In this document: positions 48,521 to 60,400 of the stretch, piece by piece
How the letters are laid out: each line of letters opens with the position of its first letter
Position numbering within the stretch: position 1 is the first letter of the stretch
Source of the DNA: Felis catus
Taxonomy: Eukaryota
Direction of reading: 5' to 3'
Assembly (NCBI RefSeq): GCF_018350175.1
Contig: NC_058368.1
Coordinates: forward strand, 155,994,001 to 156,058,000
Length of the DNA: 64,000 nt
Translations under genes and position numbers: made by a program
Notes under the pieces: generated by a model
Told to the model about the DNA's origin: nothing
Databases searched by the model: none
Seen by the model: only the letters and a program-made list of their open reading frames with translations

Positions 48521-50619
48521 CCAGGGAGCCCTCCTAAACATTCCTCCCTCTGGACTTCCTGGAACCTCCTCTTTTACTCACTTGGCTTTTACATATATGT
48601 AATCTTGTATTATTCCAATTTAGGTGTGTAGCACATAATTTTACCAAATGCTCTTCGATAGACTCCATATCTTGGCCTCTGTATCGTAAGACTCCTTTGT
48701 GCTCTCCATAGCACTTAGTCAGATGCGTTACACCCGATAGGTACATAACATAGGTTAGTAACTGTTGATGGAGCCCTATTATATAAAGTACTCATTCTAG
48801 TAAAACAGAATGTGAAAAGTCGAGTAGAGTAAAATGGCAGAATCAAAGTGATTCTGTATATGGGTTATTTATTATAAAATTATCTCAACTGCACTATGCA
48901 TTTCAAATTTTCCTAAAAAATATGGTCAAAAGCCAGTTGAAAGTGGTCATTGAAAAAGAGCATATTAACAAAATGTTAAAGTTTATAGTTCTGTACTTGC
49001 AGTTTATGTAGCTGAGCTTTCAGGAAATCTTCTAATCCTTACGCAGGATGCAGATTTTGTCCATTTCCTTATGACTTTGAAAAGTGCCCCCCAAGAAGTA
49101 GTGTAATCAGTGCAACTTCCTATGGCTTCCTAAGGTAACAATTTGGGTTATATTCACCCATATTTTCTAAATGATGGCTATGCCTCTGTTAAATTTTCTG
49201 ATCTGTCAAAACCAGAAAATAAAGTTAAAACATTAAATCATTACTAAAATTAATATTTTGTGATACTTAATGAAATCGAATACAAATAATTACCTATTGC
49301 TCACTGAGCAGTATAGTCTTGCCTTAGCATTTCATCAGGAGCGATGGCAAAAAGTACAATCAGCATAACATAGCAACAGTCTCTGTGACACTCTCCTCAC
49401 CCTCTCTCCTTACCTCTCTCTCTCTTTCTCCCCCTCTCTTTGCCTCCCTGGCTCCCTTTTCCCCATCTGTTTTTTCAATGCAGAGACACTGCATAGCTTG
49501 AGGGAAGCGTGGCATTTTTTAAATGGGAGGGGAAATGATCAACATTAGTTTAAGATTAAAGTTGCATAACTAGATTTGCCTTTTTTTCAGAATGAAATTT
49601 CTAACGCTCTGAAGCACCACAGTGCTACCATGTAACTTAAATAAAGATCAACAGTTTTTCTCAATTTGCACAACTTTTGGTTTCTGCCTTCTTCGCCATT
49701 TAAGTCTCGGACAGTTTGTTTTAATGTACTGCTTTTGTGAATGATTTAAATGGAAAAAAAAATGTTCTTTAGCTTTTCTTTTAAAACAACAGAATGCACA
49801 TTCTCACCTTCACACGTTCTTACGCTAGGAAAAACTAATAGAACGCCTATCCCAAAGTGTACTTTCAACTTGTTTGTATTGCAGACAATCGACATCTTTG
49901 AAGGAGACTTGACATGAAGGCACAAAAGTCACCCTGCTTCAGCTGGGCCAACCTATGGGTAATGTTTGAAGTCAGTGGAAGCTTTGCATTTTGGGAAGGC
50001 CTATCCAGGTGTTAATAAATATGAGAAATGGGCTCAGAGCTGTGTGTAAATGAATAGGTTGCATGCACTTGAAGGCAGTCTTACAGGAACACATTGAGAG
50101 ATCTGGCATTCTTAAAATCAAGCATATGTCATATCAACATTCCTAGTACAAAGTATTTTGTTACTGTTTCTGTGCTCTAAATAGCCCCATGCAAAGGCAC
50201 ATCATTGAACCAAAGCATATGGAGGCGGCTATTCAGTTATGCTGAGCTGTGCTTCAGTATCAAATCACTACCGCCTTCCTCACCTTTTTCCACACATTTC
50301 CAGAAATGGAAATTTCTGCTCAGAAATTCTACTATAGCAAAGAAAGAAGTAAATACATGAGGGTGGATTCCATTTCTCAAGACATATCAATATGAACCAG
50401 TGCTATTGTCTGTTTCCTGCTGAATCAATAAAACATAGGCACCTATGCCTTAAGGAAACAGTAACTCTTTAAATTGCCCTTTATATTTACAATTACTTAA
50501 TGACTGTATTTTGCCAAAAATAAAGGTCATTAAAATCATCTTGAAGCTTCACTTAAATTTCAGAAGTAGCCTACAACTTGTACAGTCTTTAACTATGTTC
50601 CATTTAACACATTTAATAG

Positions 50620-51600
50620 ATGTAAAAGCTCACAAGTGATGATATAAAGGATAATTTACGCTTGCAATGCATTTTTGTCCAATTAATAGATTGCCTGCGT
50701 GTTGCATATTTTGCATGACAAAAGAGCAGAATATTAAACTGCCATTCATAATGAAAATGCACTTTGCAAATTAAAAGTGCCGAAACAGAAATTTTTCACC
50801 CTGTTTAGGAAATAAACAGTCCTTAACCAATTAAACTGCATTGTAATAATTCTATGATTTATTGCAAGTTGTTTAACTTTCAAAACTCGGCTAACCCATA
50901 TTAAGGTCACAATCCATCATGTCTTGCTTGGAAAGCCAGCAAATAATGGCTGTTGTATTAGCTGCTTTTGATGATAGTATGAAAGAAGTATTAGCACTTG
51001 TCAACAAAACTGCTTACAACATAACATTAGCATGCATGGGCTGCTGTACCTATTTATTATTCTGGCAGCTTCACACATATTGTTACAAGCTTATAAAACA
51101 TTTTGTCGGGTGGAAACCGAATGTACACTGTTTGGTTTTCTGATAGACTGGCAGCATAAATGTCTGGGCTGACTTAGTTTAGTTTAAGTGTAAATAGAGA
51201 CACAAATTCTTCAACCTGTTCTCTTATTGATACTGAAAAGTGCTGAATTATTCAGCATCCAACTCTTCTGTTTGTGTCTATCACAGTTATCAATTACCCA
51301 TCAGTCTTCTTGTCAAAACAGAATGGATTAATCTGGCTGAAAATAAGACAAATAAATGGATACTATAACAGGGGTGCGGGGTTGCCAGACTGTCAAAGGG
51401 AAATCCAGGCAGTGACATTTGCCGTCAAAAATGGGATCTCTGGCTTAAGTGAGCAAATGATTCCCCTTTGCGAGCCAAGAATGCACTTAGCTCACCGTAA
51501 GTAAATTAATCTGCCTTCTTTGACTGCTAATGCATTAGCACTGAGGTAATAGTTCCATTGCTGGAATTCCTTTACATTTAAATAATTTTGGTCATCATTA
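50620..51600. promoter_or_regulatory. Candidate conserved non-coding enhancer
   Basis: Repeat-free; TGATTTAT at 50855, GGATTAATCT at 51325, TGTCAA at 51311 and 51391, palindromes at 51241-51257 and 51525-51540; conservation not tested. Confidence 0.45.
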
Positions 51601-52736
51601 TTGTTTCTCAAGGAAATGCAGATACTTTATCTTGGTAGAGAGGCCTGCCTGGTAAATAAATGAACCCATTTAACAATGAAGTTATTGCTGATAGTTTTGT
51701 GCCACTTCATAGCTCTCAGCTCATGTGATACTAAGTAACTCTTTGCACAGATGGCTGGTGGAACCCATCCAGCATCTGCAAAGTCCATCCCTGTTTTCTT
51801 TCCCAAACATTTTATTTGGAAATCTTGTTTGGCAAACTTCCCGAGACTCTGCCTAGCTGTTCAAAGTACATATTTCCAATCTATCTCATTTGGCCCTTCT
51901 ATAAAAAAAGAGCCAGCAAAGTGCCTTCTTATTTGGCACAAAAAAGGCAGCCGCCGACTGAAGCAAGTTTTAGGTTCCTGGCCAAAAATTTACAAGAATT
52001 TTATCTTAGATGCTTCTATACTGGACTGTTTTACACAGTCATCATTAACATCTGAAGCCGTCACATTGTGACAGGATCAAAACCCCCAATCTGTATCAAC
52101 TGATAGCTTCACTTTGCCAAAAGCTCCCACTTGTTCTTATTTTCCCAGACATCTGCACCCCAGCTTTTGTGGACACGGTTCTTACTTACACTGTGGGATG
52201 GTGAGGTATCTAAGGTGAGCTACCTGCTAGAAAATTCATCCACTTGATGAATGAATACATTATTTTTGAATGAAATAATCATCTTTTGTTTGTTTTGCCA
52301 AAAGACGGTGTAAAGAATAATTTCAAGCATTTAAAAACCAAAACCCTTCCTATAGTTGGGGAGTTCAAAAGAGGCCGCGGTAACAATTACATTCTAAGCA
52401 CAACTGTCACAGTTCTCTAAAGACTTTGACAGACTGGAAATTTTGGTCTCACATTCCCAGAACATGACCTCAAATTTCTCCTCAATGTAAATCACTTTCC
52501 CAGAACTTCAGCATTTAAGGGAAATGCACATTGGCCTGTTGTGCATTGGCCTGATTCATCGTTGCTAAATCTCATCCGCTGGTATATAATCCCAAAATGA
52601 CTTCATGAAGGCAGCTACTGAACATGTGCAAACACTGAACCTTCTCTTGAAATGAGGCAGCATTTTTGTTGCTAGTCGATTTACAGTTTTACTTTGTCAC
52701 TCTCGTCCTTCTTTTCTTTTTAAATAAGTAACTGCT

Positions 52737-52944
52737 GGGCCACCTCGGTGGCTCAGATTCAGCATCCAACTCTTGATTCTGGCTCAGGTCATGAGCCCAA
52801 AGTCATTAGACTGAGCCCTGTGACGGGCTCTGCATTGAGTGTGAAGACTGCTTGGGATTCTCTCGCACTTCCTCTCCCTTCGCCCCTCTCTCCCTTGTAT
52901 GTGTCTCCTCTTGCTCTCTCTCACTCTCACTCTCAATACATAAG
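52737..52944 (+). mobile_element. CanSINE (diverged)
   Basis: GGGCCACCTCGGTGGCTCAG...ctcttgattctggctcaggtcatga; TSD core taagtaact. Confidence 0.9.
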
Positions 52945-53526
52945 TAAGTAACTCCCTACTACAGAAAAGTAGCATCGTACAAAATTTTGCATGGCTAGCA
53001 ACTAAGTTAATTGACAGGTGTATATCATGAACTTTTTTCTACATGTCATTTCCCATTCTTTGAGGAACTCTTCAAAAATATATGCCTGCCATCTCAGATC
53101 CAGTTTGTCCAAGTCTAGACATTCTCTCCCACTGGTTCCCTTTTACCAAAATCCCCCATCAGTTGCTAAGCCCTACACGGTCTGCCTTTACAATGTCTGT
53201 TATTTTCTCTTCAATTATGACTGTCACCATGCTTGTGCAGTCCCTGCCGAGTCCTTCATACGTTCATGCATGTACCAGTTCATTGATTCCACAGTTCTGT
53301 GAGGGCCTAATACAGGTAGTCTCTCTGCCTCAAGTCTTTTCCACACACCTCCCACTCTGGCTGCCTGCCCTCAGCGTGAAGTGCCCTCTGGCCATCCTGC
53401 CCACCCTTTATGTCTCAGTTCAAAGGCAACCTCTTTGAACATTTTTCCTACTCCCTTACCCATGTGTTATTTCTTATGTCTTCGAGTCTCTTGAGCATTT
53501 GTCTCTCTCCTTTATCACAACATGCT

Positions 53527-53700
53527 AGAATTCCTACTCCTGCCACCTCCCAGCTATGTGACCGTGGGAAGTTATGTAACCAAATGAGGCCTCAGTTTCT
53601 CCTCTAAAATCGGACAGATTATTACTCCATAGGGTGTGAGATTAAATGAGGTAATGCATGGAAAATACTTAGAACAATGCCAGTGAACATTCAAGTTCTT
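53527..53700 (+). mobile_element. MIR SINE
   Basis: agctatgtgacc.tggg.aagtta...gcctcagtttcctc...gtgagattaaatgaggtaatgcat. Confidence 0.8.
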
Positions 53701-53854
53701 GTTATATTCTTATATTCGGTAAGGACTGAAAAATACTTGTTGTGACATTTGTATGTCGAGAGAAAACAACTGTAATTGCCTTGGGTGTTTTTGAAGGTCT
53801 TAAAGCTACATTTACTTACTGTCCCAGGTAGAGGACCAGGACATCCAATTCTGA

Positions 53855-54050
53855 GCTGGTCACTCTGGAGTCATACTGCGTGTCTTTGCAGCCTGGCCCT
53901 TACTAGCTCTTTTTTTTTTTTTTTTTTAATGCAAAGTCAGGCAGTTTAAAGTTTCTATACTTCATAGATAGTTGTTAAGATCAGCTGAAAATAAAAGGCT
54001 TAGCAGTGCCTGATCCATAGCAAGACCTCCATAAGTGTAGCCTGTCATTA
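53855..54050 (+). mobile_element. MIR SINE (diverged, with a poly-T insertion)
   Basis: ctctggagtcatactg...gttgttaagat...ggcttagcagtgcctg. Confidence 0.55.
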
Positions 54051-54583
54051 CACTAGAGGGGTTTCAAAATGCTCCGTGATCTAATTCTAGGTGGTGAGAG
54101 AGGACCATCAAAATGAATGTATAATTCCCCGAATTACTGTCTCATCCTTCTTAAAGGCTTCCTGAATAACACTTCTCCCAAACCCAGTCTGTCATGTATC
54201 TCCCAGACTGTCTAAAAACTACCAAATTATATCACTCTCCAAACAGGGGGTGAGTCTTATGCTCCCTCTACTGGGACACTGACCCCTCTTTTCTAGCTTT
54301 GAGAGTGCTTCCTAATCATCTTCTCTCCTCTGAAATGTTATCCCTCATTTTCTCCCTAAGATGCATCATTTATCCTCTAACAGTTCAGTTATTGTCCTCC
54401 TGGGTCCATAAACTCTCAAAAAGGCCAATCTTCCTGGCCGTGTATCTTCTCTCATGTTGATCACTCCCTTCCCCACCCCTCACATCTGGAAACATCCACC
54501 CTATGGCCATCCATCTTCCATATTTCTAAGTTTAAGAAGCTTGCTTCTGCCACAGACTTTCCAACTAACTTAGTCTTCAAAGA

Positions 54584-54608
54584 TCTCTCTCTCTCTCTCT
54601 CTCTCTCT
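54584..54608. repeat. (CT)n microsatellite
   Basis: Read directly. Confidence 0.9.
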
Positions 54609-54959
54609 GTCTCACTCATCTAAATCTCTGAAGCATTTATAGGTTTTACCACACAATTTAACTATTAATTACAAATTGTCTTGCAGCATTTGCTATGTGT
54701 TTTCCTCTCCAGAGATATTTCACTATCTCTCTTGTTTCCTAACTCTCTCTCTTTCTCTTTTTCTTGGCTAATCCACAAAGCTTTCCGGATAATCTTCCTG
54801 TTCTGTCATGAAGACCATGCCCTTTGTGTGCCAACTGTCCTTGCTATTGGCCAAATCTGTTTTTATGTACTAGAAAGAATTTTCCCTCCTTTCAAATTAT
54901 ATTTCTGCCACTTCTTAGAATAAATGACATCTTTATTCGACAGTTGGCCTTACCTGATT

Positions 54960-55190
54960 ATGGCAGCGCTATGTTTTCCGGAAGAAGCGTGGACTTCAAA
55001 GTATTAGAGGTTAAGGTATGAATCTTGGTTTTGCCATGTAACCTTGGGCAAGTCACTTTTCTGAGCCTCAGTTTCATTCAATATGAAAATACTAATACCT
55101 AGCTCACAAAAAAGATATGAGGAATATAGGAGATAAATAATATAAAGTACCTGAGAAATAATAGGGAATCCATTGTAGATACTTAACCCT
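54960..55190 (+). mobile_element. MIR SINE
   Basis: tgtaaccttgggcaagtcacttttctgagcctcagtttc core. Confidence 0.8.
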
Positions 55191-55901
55191 TCCAATTAAT
55201 ATCAAACCATATTAACAGTATTTACCGTGTATCCTCATTTATATACATATTGATACAATCATGACTGTCTACATGTTTATGCTGGATGCTTATGCATACA
55301 TTTAACATCTTTACAAAACTAATTTTTAAGAGTAGCATACAGTATTTTTAAACTTAGAACTAAGTGCTTTGTCACGAAACGTGTAGAAGCCATAACTTAC
55401 TAGTTATTCAAAGCTGATTAACATCAGAAATTACCTTTCAAATGAAACACTGGTCTCATTTCTCCCTCGCATTTAAGGAAATAGAAGGCCAAAGCCTAAA
55501 AAGTCCCTCGATTAAGGATAAAATGCAGAGGAGTGCAACTACCATACACATGACTTGCCTTCTTTTGCATTCTAGAAATGTATTTCTAGATTTTTTTTGC
55601 ATTTTTTGCATTCTAGGAATGTATTCCAAGATAATGAGGCAGTGTTTTGCAAGGTATCTAATGAAAATTTCCTTTAGAGCAGTCACAATTATCACGCCAA
55701 AATGAATCTCATAACTGAAATTACCTCCAAATTTTTAATAATTCCCTCAGCAAACACTTGTTCTGGTTGGGTATATCCAGACTTTAGTTGAGAAATGAGT
55801 GATTTAAAACTAAAACGTGCTTTAAGCAGTATTTTTGAGTAGAGAAATCACAATAAAGTGTCAAATTCCTACGTTTAGATAGAAAGTCAATTTGAACCTT
55901 A

Positions 55902-55912
55902 TTTTCTTTTTC

Positions 55913-55983
<71 letters not shown>
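55902..55983. repeat. (TTTC)n tetranucleotide microsatellite
   Basis: Read directly. Confidence 0.96.
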
Positions 55984-57059
55984 AATTTGTGAGGACAGTA
56001 TAAATTGTTCAACCTAGTCCATTTACTGGCATGTCTGCTTCTAGCTACAGATATCTTCATCTTCTGAGGGGACGATCGAACCTCTGAGTCAGAGTTAGCA
56101 TGCAGGGGTTAAACTACCTCTATGGGCAGGATAGAGACAGAAACAATCTAAAATTTTATATGACTAATATATGACTGAAACGCCAGTTTATCACATACGG
56201 TGGTAAAGGACAAGCTCTATCTTCAGGGATTCATCCCTGAGTATAAAATAAGTCTTGAGAAACCACAATTTTTACCATTCGCTTTTGGGAGAAGGGGAAG
56301 CAGGGAATATTTTACTGCTCCCTCTTTAAACTCTTATTAGAAGGGCTGCTGAGAAGTTCTGACTCAGCAACTTCCCCAGTTATCTGGTCTTTTAAAAAGG
56401 TTCCAGTGTGACCTCAACTCTGCACAACACAGATTTATAATCAGTCTTCTGTTTGGAAAGCCAAAGCTTTAGAGAAACTGAGTGAATAATGTCAAAATAA
56501 TGGTATTTCAGCTCAACAATGAGATTTTCTCCCATATATATAAAAACAGATGCTGGGAACAATTTTCAGGAGCATTTTATTGCTTTGATGGTATAATAAA
56601 ATATGAGGTTATCATAACAGTGAGCTACCTTTTCTCCTGGAAGGAAAAGGTACAGCCAAGTATTTTCCTAAGTGGCAAAGTGGACAAGAGCTTCTCTCTG
56701 TCCTGTGTACATGGTGTCTAGTCTCAGAAGTGAGATTCCCAGAACAACAATTTCTATCATGTTGTGAAAGAGGTTAAAAATGTTCTTTCTTTAAAGACTA
56801 ATAGCACTGACAAGCTTATTCTAGCAAACCAAGCCCCCTCTACTCCTTCCCTCAGGCTCTCTAATTCACCCCCACCTGAATTGGGTTTTGGGGAGGAGGG
56901 CTGGGGCACGTGGGATACAAATGGTAAATAAGTAAATGAAACTCCATAGGAAGGCTCTTGAACTTGAAAACTGTTCCATATTTACTATTTTGTTTATCTT
57001 ACAGTAATTTTATAGTAACTGTCCCCCTCATTCCTAACTATTCTAGAACTCTGCCATAT

Positions 57060-57280
57060 TGATGATGACTTCATAACATGTACATATAGCAAATGTTAGT
57101 TTTCTCATAATCCCCATAACTGCTCTGCGAGTGAGATATTAATGTTTTTGCACCTGAGCAAAACTGAGGCTCAGAGAGGTTAAGTGACTTGCCCAAGGTC
57201 ACACAGTTAGCAAGTAGTGAAACCAAGATTCAAACCTAAAACTTTATGATACCACAATCCATGCTCCTTCCATACAATGT
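57060..57280 (-). mobile_element. MIR SINE
   Basis: Near-consensus core aaactgaggctcagagaggttaagtgacttgcccaaggtcacacag. Confidence 0.9.
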
Positions 57281-57949
57281 CACAATACCTCAATTGGGAA
57301 AGGCTGGCTGTAGAATAAAGATGTCATTTATTCCAGGAAGTGGCTGAAATACGGTATGAAAGGAATTTGAGCATTTCCTCTGGTTCATTTTCCCCCTTGT
57401 CTCCTATATCTTTTTATTTTCCTCACCTCTTCATTTTCCCCATTTTTATAATTAAGTAAAAAGATTTGTTCTTTGAGAGAGAAAATGGTGGCAAATGTTG
57501 TGCAGTTTCCTACTTGGTAGAATGTGGGGGAAGCTTCTGAATGGACCCTGACTAAAAAAGAAAATACCTTCCATTCACCTGCCATAGCTGCTGAATTCCC
57601 ACCATTAGAGAGGCACTCCTTTGGATTAAATGAACTTTGTCTCTCAAAGTTGTCTTGGAACAAGTAAGTTTAGCATGTTATTTACTATCTTCCCCAATAT
57701 TTATGCACCCACTGTAATCAATCATAGAACATGCAACTTTTGGTCGCTAATAAAGAAGCATGAAAGGTTTAAATGAGTCCTTTGTAGCAGAGAACAGAAC
57801 AAGTTCTTTGAGAAAGGAACACTGAAAGGAGTAGAAGCCAGGAAGGAGTATGGCGCTCTGTGCAAAGTAATCTTGTAGCATGTCAGCCTTTTATTTAGGG
57901 TTGTGCGGATCTAGGGGGAAAAGAGACATGTGCAGACTTTTAAATAAGG

Positions 57950-58150
57950 TTTAATTTCAGTTAGGATGCCAGGAGGCCTTCCCTGACTCCCCAGTATCAG
58001 ATTACATGTCTCTTCTGTGAGCATTTGTATATACTTGTATCTCCCCTTATCAGAGCACATCTTATTTTGCTATCATTGTTTGTCTGATTCCATCATTAGA
58101 CCATAAATTCCTTGAGAACATTCGTTCATTCAAGGACTATTTCCAGTGCC
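57950..58150 (+). mobile_element. L2 LINE fragment
   Basis: ccaggaggccttccctgactcccc...ttagaccataaattccttgaga. Confidence 0.6.
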
Positions 58151-59863
58151 AGTGTCAAATTCGGGAGAAAAAAAAAGCTATAGAGATTACAATAACCAAA
58201 GGGTTAGATTTATTTTTTCACTTTGTATTTGGAGGTCTTGTGTAGCTTGTGTATAAGAAAAAAAAAATCAAAACATGCTTCTATTTCAGGGCTCTGGAGA
58301 TGAGTAGATAAGATGTAGTTATCTTTCAGTAGAAGGCCATGGACAGTTACTGGGAAAATATAAAGGGAGATAAATGAATATATTTAAGAAATATTTTTGA
58401 GGTAAGACTGAAACTCAAGAATTTTTCATTTTGGCTAAGTTACTAAGAACCTATTTTATGATCCCGCTACTGACTCAAAAAAAAATGTGTCGATAGGTTC
58501 AAAATGTTCAAAGTGTGGATCCAAGTATAGAAGATTTTGAAAAACCAAAGAAAGCAATAAAATGGAAGAAATGCAACATACAAGTGGAAGAACGGTAAAC
58601 TGATGAATTTTAGCGTTTTGCTAAAATGCCAAAGATTACCAGATAAGAAGCAGTTTGATAACGATCTTTTAAAATCAATCACCCTTCCCAAAGAAACGTT
58701 AAGAAGCCGACAACAAAAGACCCTCCTACAGAAGATTGTTTTGAAAATTCATCAGCTATAATTGTGAAATCACTTCTTTATCCTGATCAGAAAAATCCTG
58801 CTATGAAATAAACCCCGGCTGACCAGATTCTGTCACATGACCCCATCATGTTGTTGTACTTAGTCATCATTGGGTAAATCATCAGGGCCATCATCAAATG
58901 TAAATAGATTTGCCTAGAGGAAGGGTGATTAGTGACTAAGCCCTAGGCCAAAGCTCTAGAACCTGTTGCAGCTCTGAACAGAGGCACGTTCTGGGGCCAG
59001 TCCCACAGTAACTCTGGCAAACTCACCACTTGCTATCATGTAGAATGTAGGAGAAAGTGGGTGTGTAGCTGTAGACACCATTACTGGGGTAGGGGTAGTT
59101 GCTGACTGGCAGAAAGGCTTTGCTGCAATGCGGATTCACCTCTAAGGAGGCCCATGGGTGCAGGCCTGACAGCCCAGCTCAGCGTGCTGCACTAATGAAC
59201 AGACCTGTGCTACGTGGTTTTCTCTCTGTTAAATAAATGCTGCAAGAGTTACAAAGAAGCTTGTAAGATTTCTGCATTACTTTCTTAAATAAACCTGCAG
59301 TTTCAGGATGCTATGAGCTGCTGAAATCGCCATTTTCTAGGTCAAAAAAACGGTTGATTATCAGTGATTTCATATGACTTGACCTAACTGTTAATTGGTC
59401 ATGCAGATTTGGTACTACAGTGTAACTGCGGGGAGAAAACAAGAATTCAGATGTAAACACTAAATGCCTTATTTCTAACCAAAGGAAACCCTACTGGGTT
59501 AACAGAGAAGGCAAATTCCTTTTAGCTGCAATTAGTATTTGTGGAATATCTAATCACGCGGTGCTGTGAAGTATATACAATACACAGAAGAGACCAACAT
59601 TACCCTTGAGGAATTTATCATCTGTATGTGAGGATTTGGCTAAATATAGCACAAAAACAGCATTTCCGTTTTCTACGTTGCAGACATAAATGGCTATATT
59701 GTAAAGTGCAACTAATCTTTCATAAACTATACTGATGCCAGTACTGCACATACCCAGAAATATCAATTGCTGGTCTTATTTTTTATGCACACCTGCCCCC
59801 CTACCCCAATGAATACACTCCTACCTCCCAGCCCCGCTACGTACACTCTATGAGTTTTCTTTC

Positions 59864-60007
59864 CAGGAGTGGCTAATTTGCAACATGAGATCCTTGTTGA
59901 AAATCATTAAGGATTTAAAGATGGTGACAGAAGAGCATTAAACTGGAAACTTCTAAGCATGGAACGCTGTGTCACCACCAGGCGTGTATGCCCATGACAT
60001 AACCTTG
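59864..60007 (-). mobile_element. MER91A-like hAT-Tip100 MITE
   Basis: ccttgttgaaaatcattaagga...gatggtgacagaagagcattaaac...gcccatga; 8-bp TSD TTTCTTTC / CTTCTTTC. Confidence 0.8.
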
Positions 60008-60009
60008 CT

Positions 60010-60400
60010 TCTTTCAGTTTCCCACATACGCCTATGCCTGACTCATTCTACCCTAGGGCTTTGGCATTTGCTATTCTCTCTGCTTGAAATGCTCTTCTCA
60101 TGACTAAGATCTCAGCAAAAATGCTTCCTCCTCAAAGAGGTTTTCCTTGACATCTCTGTCTAAAGGAGCTCCTTTTTACGTCATTTTCTGAATACTATTT
60201 TGCTTTCTTTCCATTACTTCCCTGTTATTTCTTGCTAATTTATTTATTGACTTCTTTATTGTCTTGTTTCCCTCCATTGGGATATAAACTCCACAGAGAA
60301 GTGACTTTATCTTATTCACTCCCTCTTGGTCATAGGCTCCTCAAACACTACATAGTAGGTGCCACTAAGTATGTTTCTGATGAATAAATGAACAAACTAA
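60010..60400 (+). mobile_element. L2 LINE 3' end
   Basis: agggctttggcatttgctattctctctgcttgaaatgctctt...catagtaggtgcc...tgaataaatgaa. Confidence 0.8.

Noticed and set aside
49885..49960. Plus-strand exon candidate (ttgcag...GG|GTAATG)
   Set aside because: Stops in all three frames and no other support.
58495..58600. Coding-looking purine-rich frame VQNVQSVDPSIEDFEKPKKAIKWKK
   Set aside because: No polypyrimidine acceptor, it ends at a stop and is not recognised; tBLASTn would settle it.
58883..59167. Possible hAT-Tip100-type element (CAGGGCC...GGCCTG ends)
   Set aside because: I could not match the internal sequence or a TSD; needs a Dfam search.
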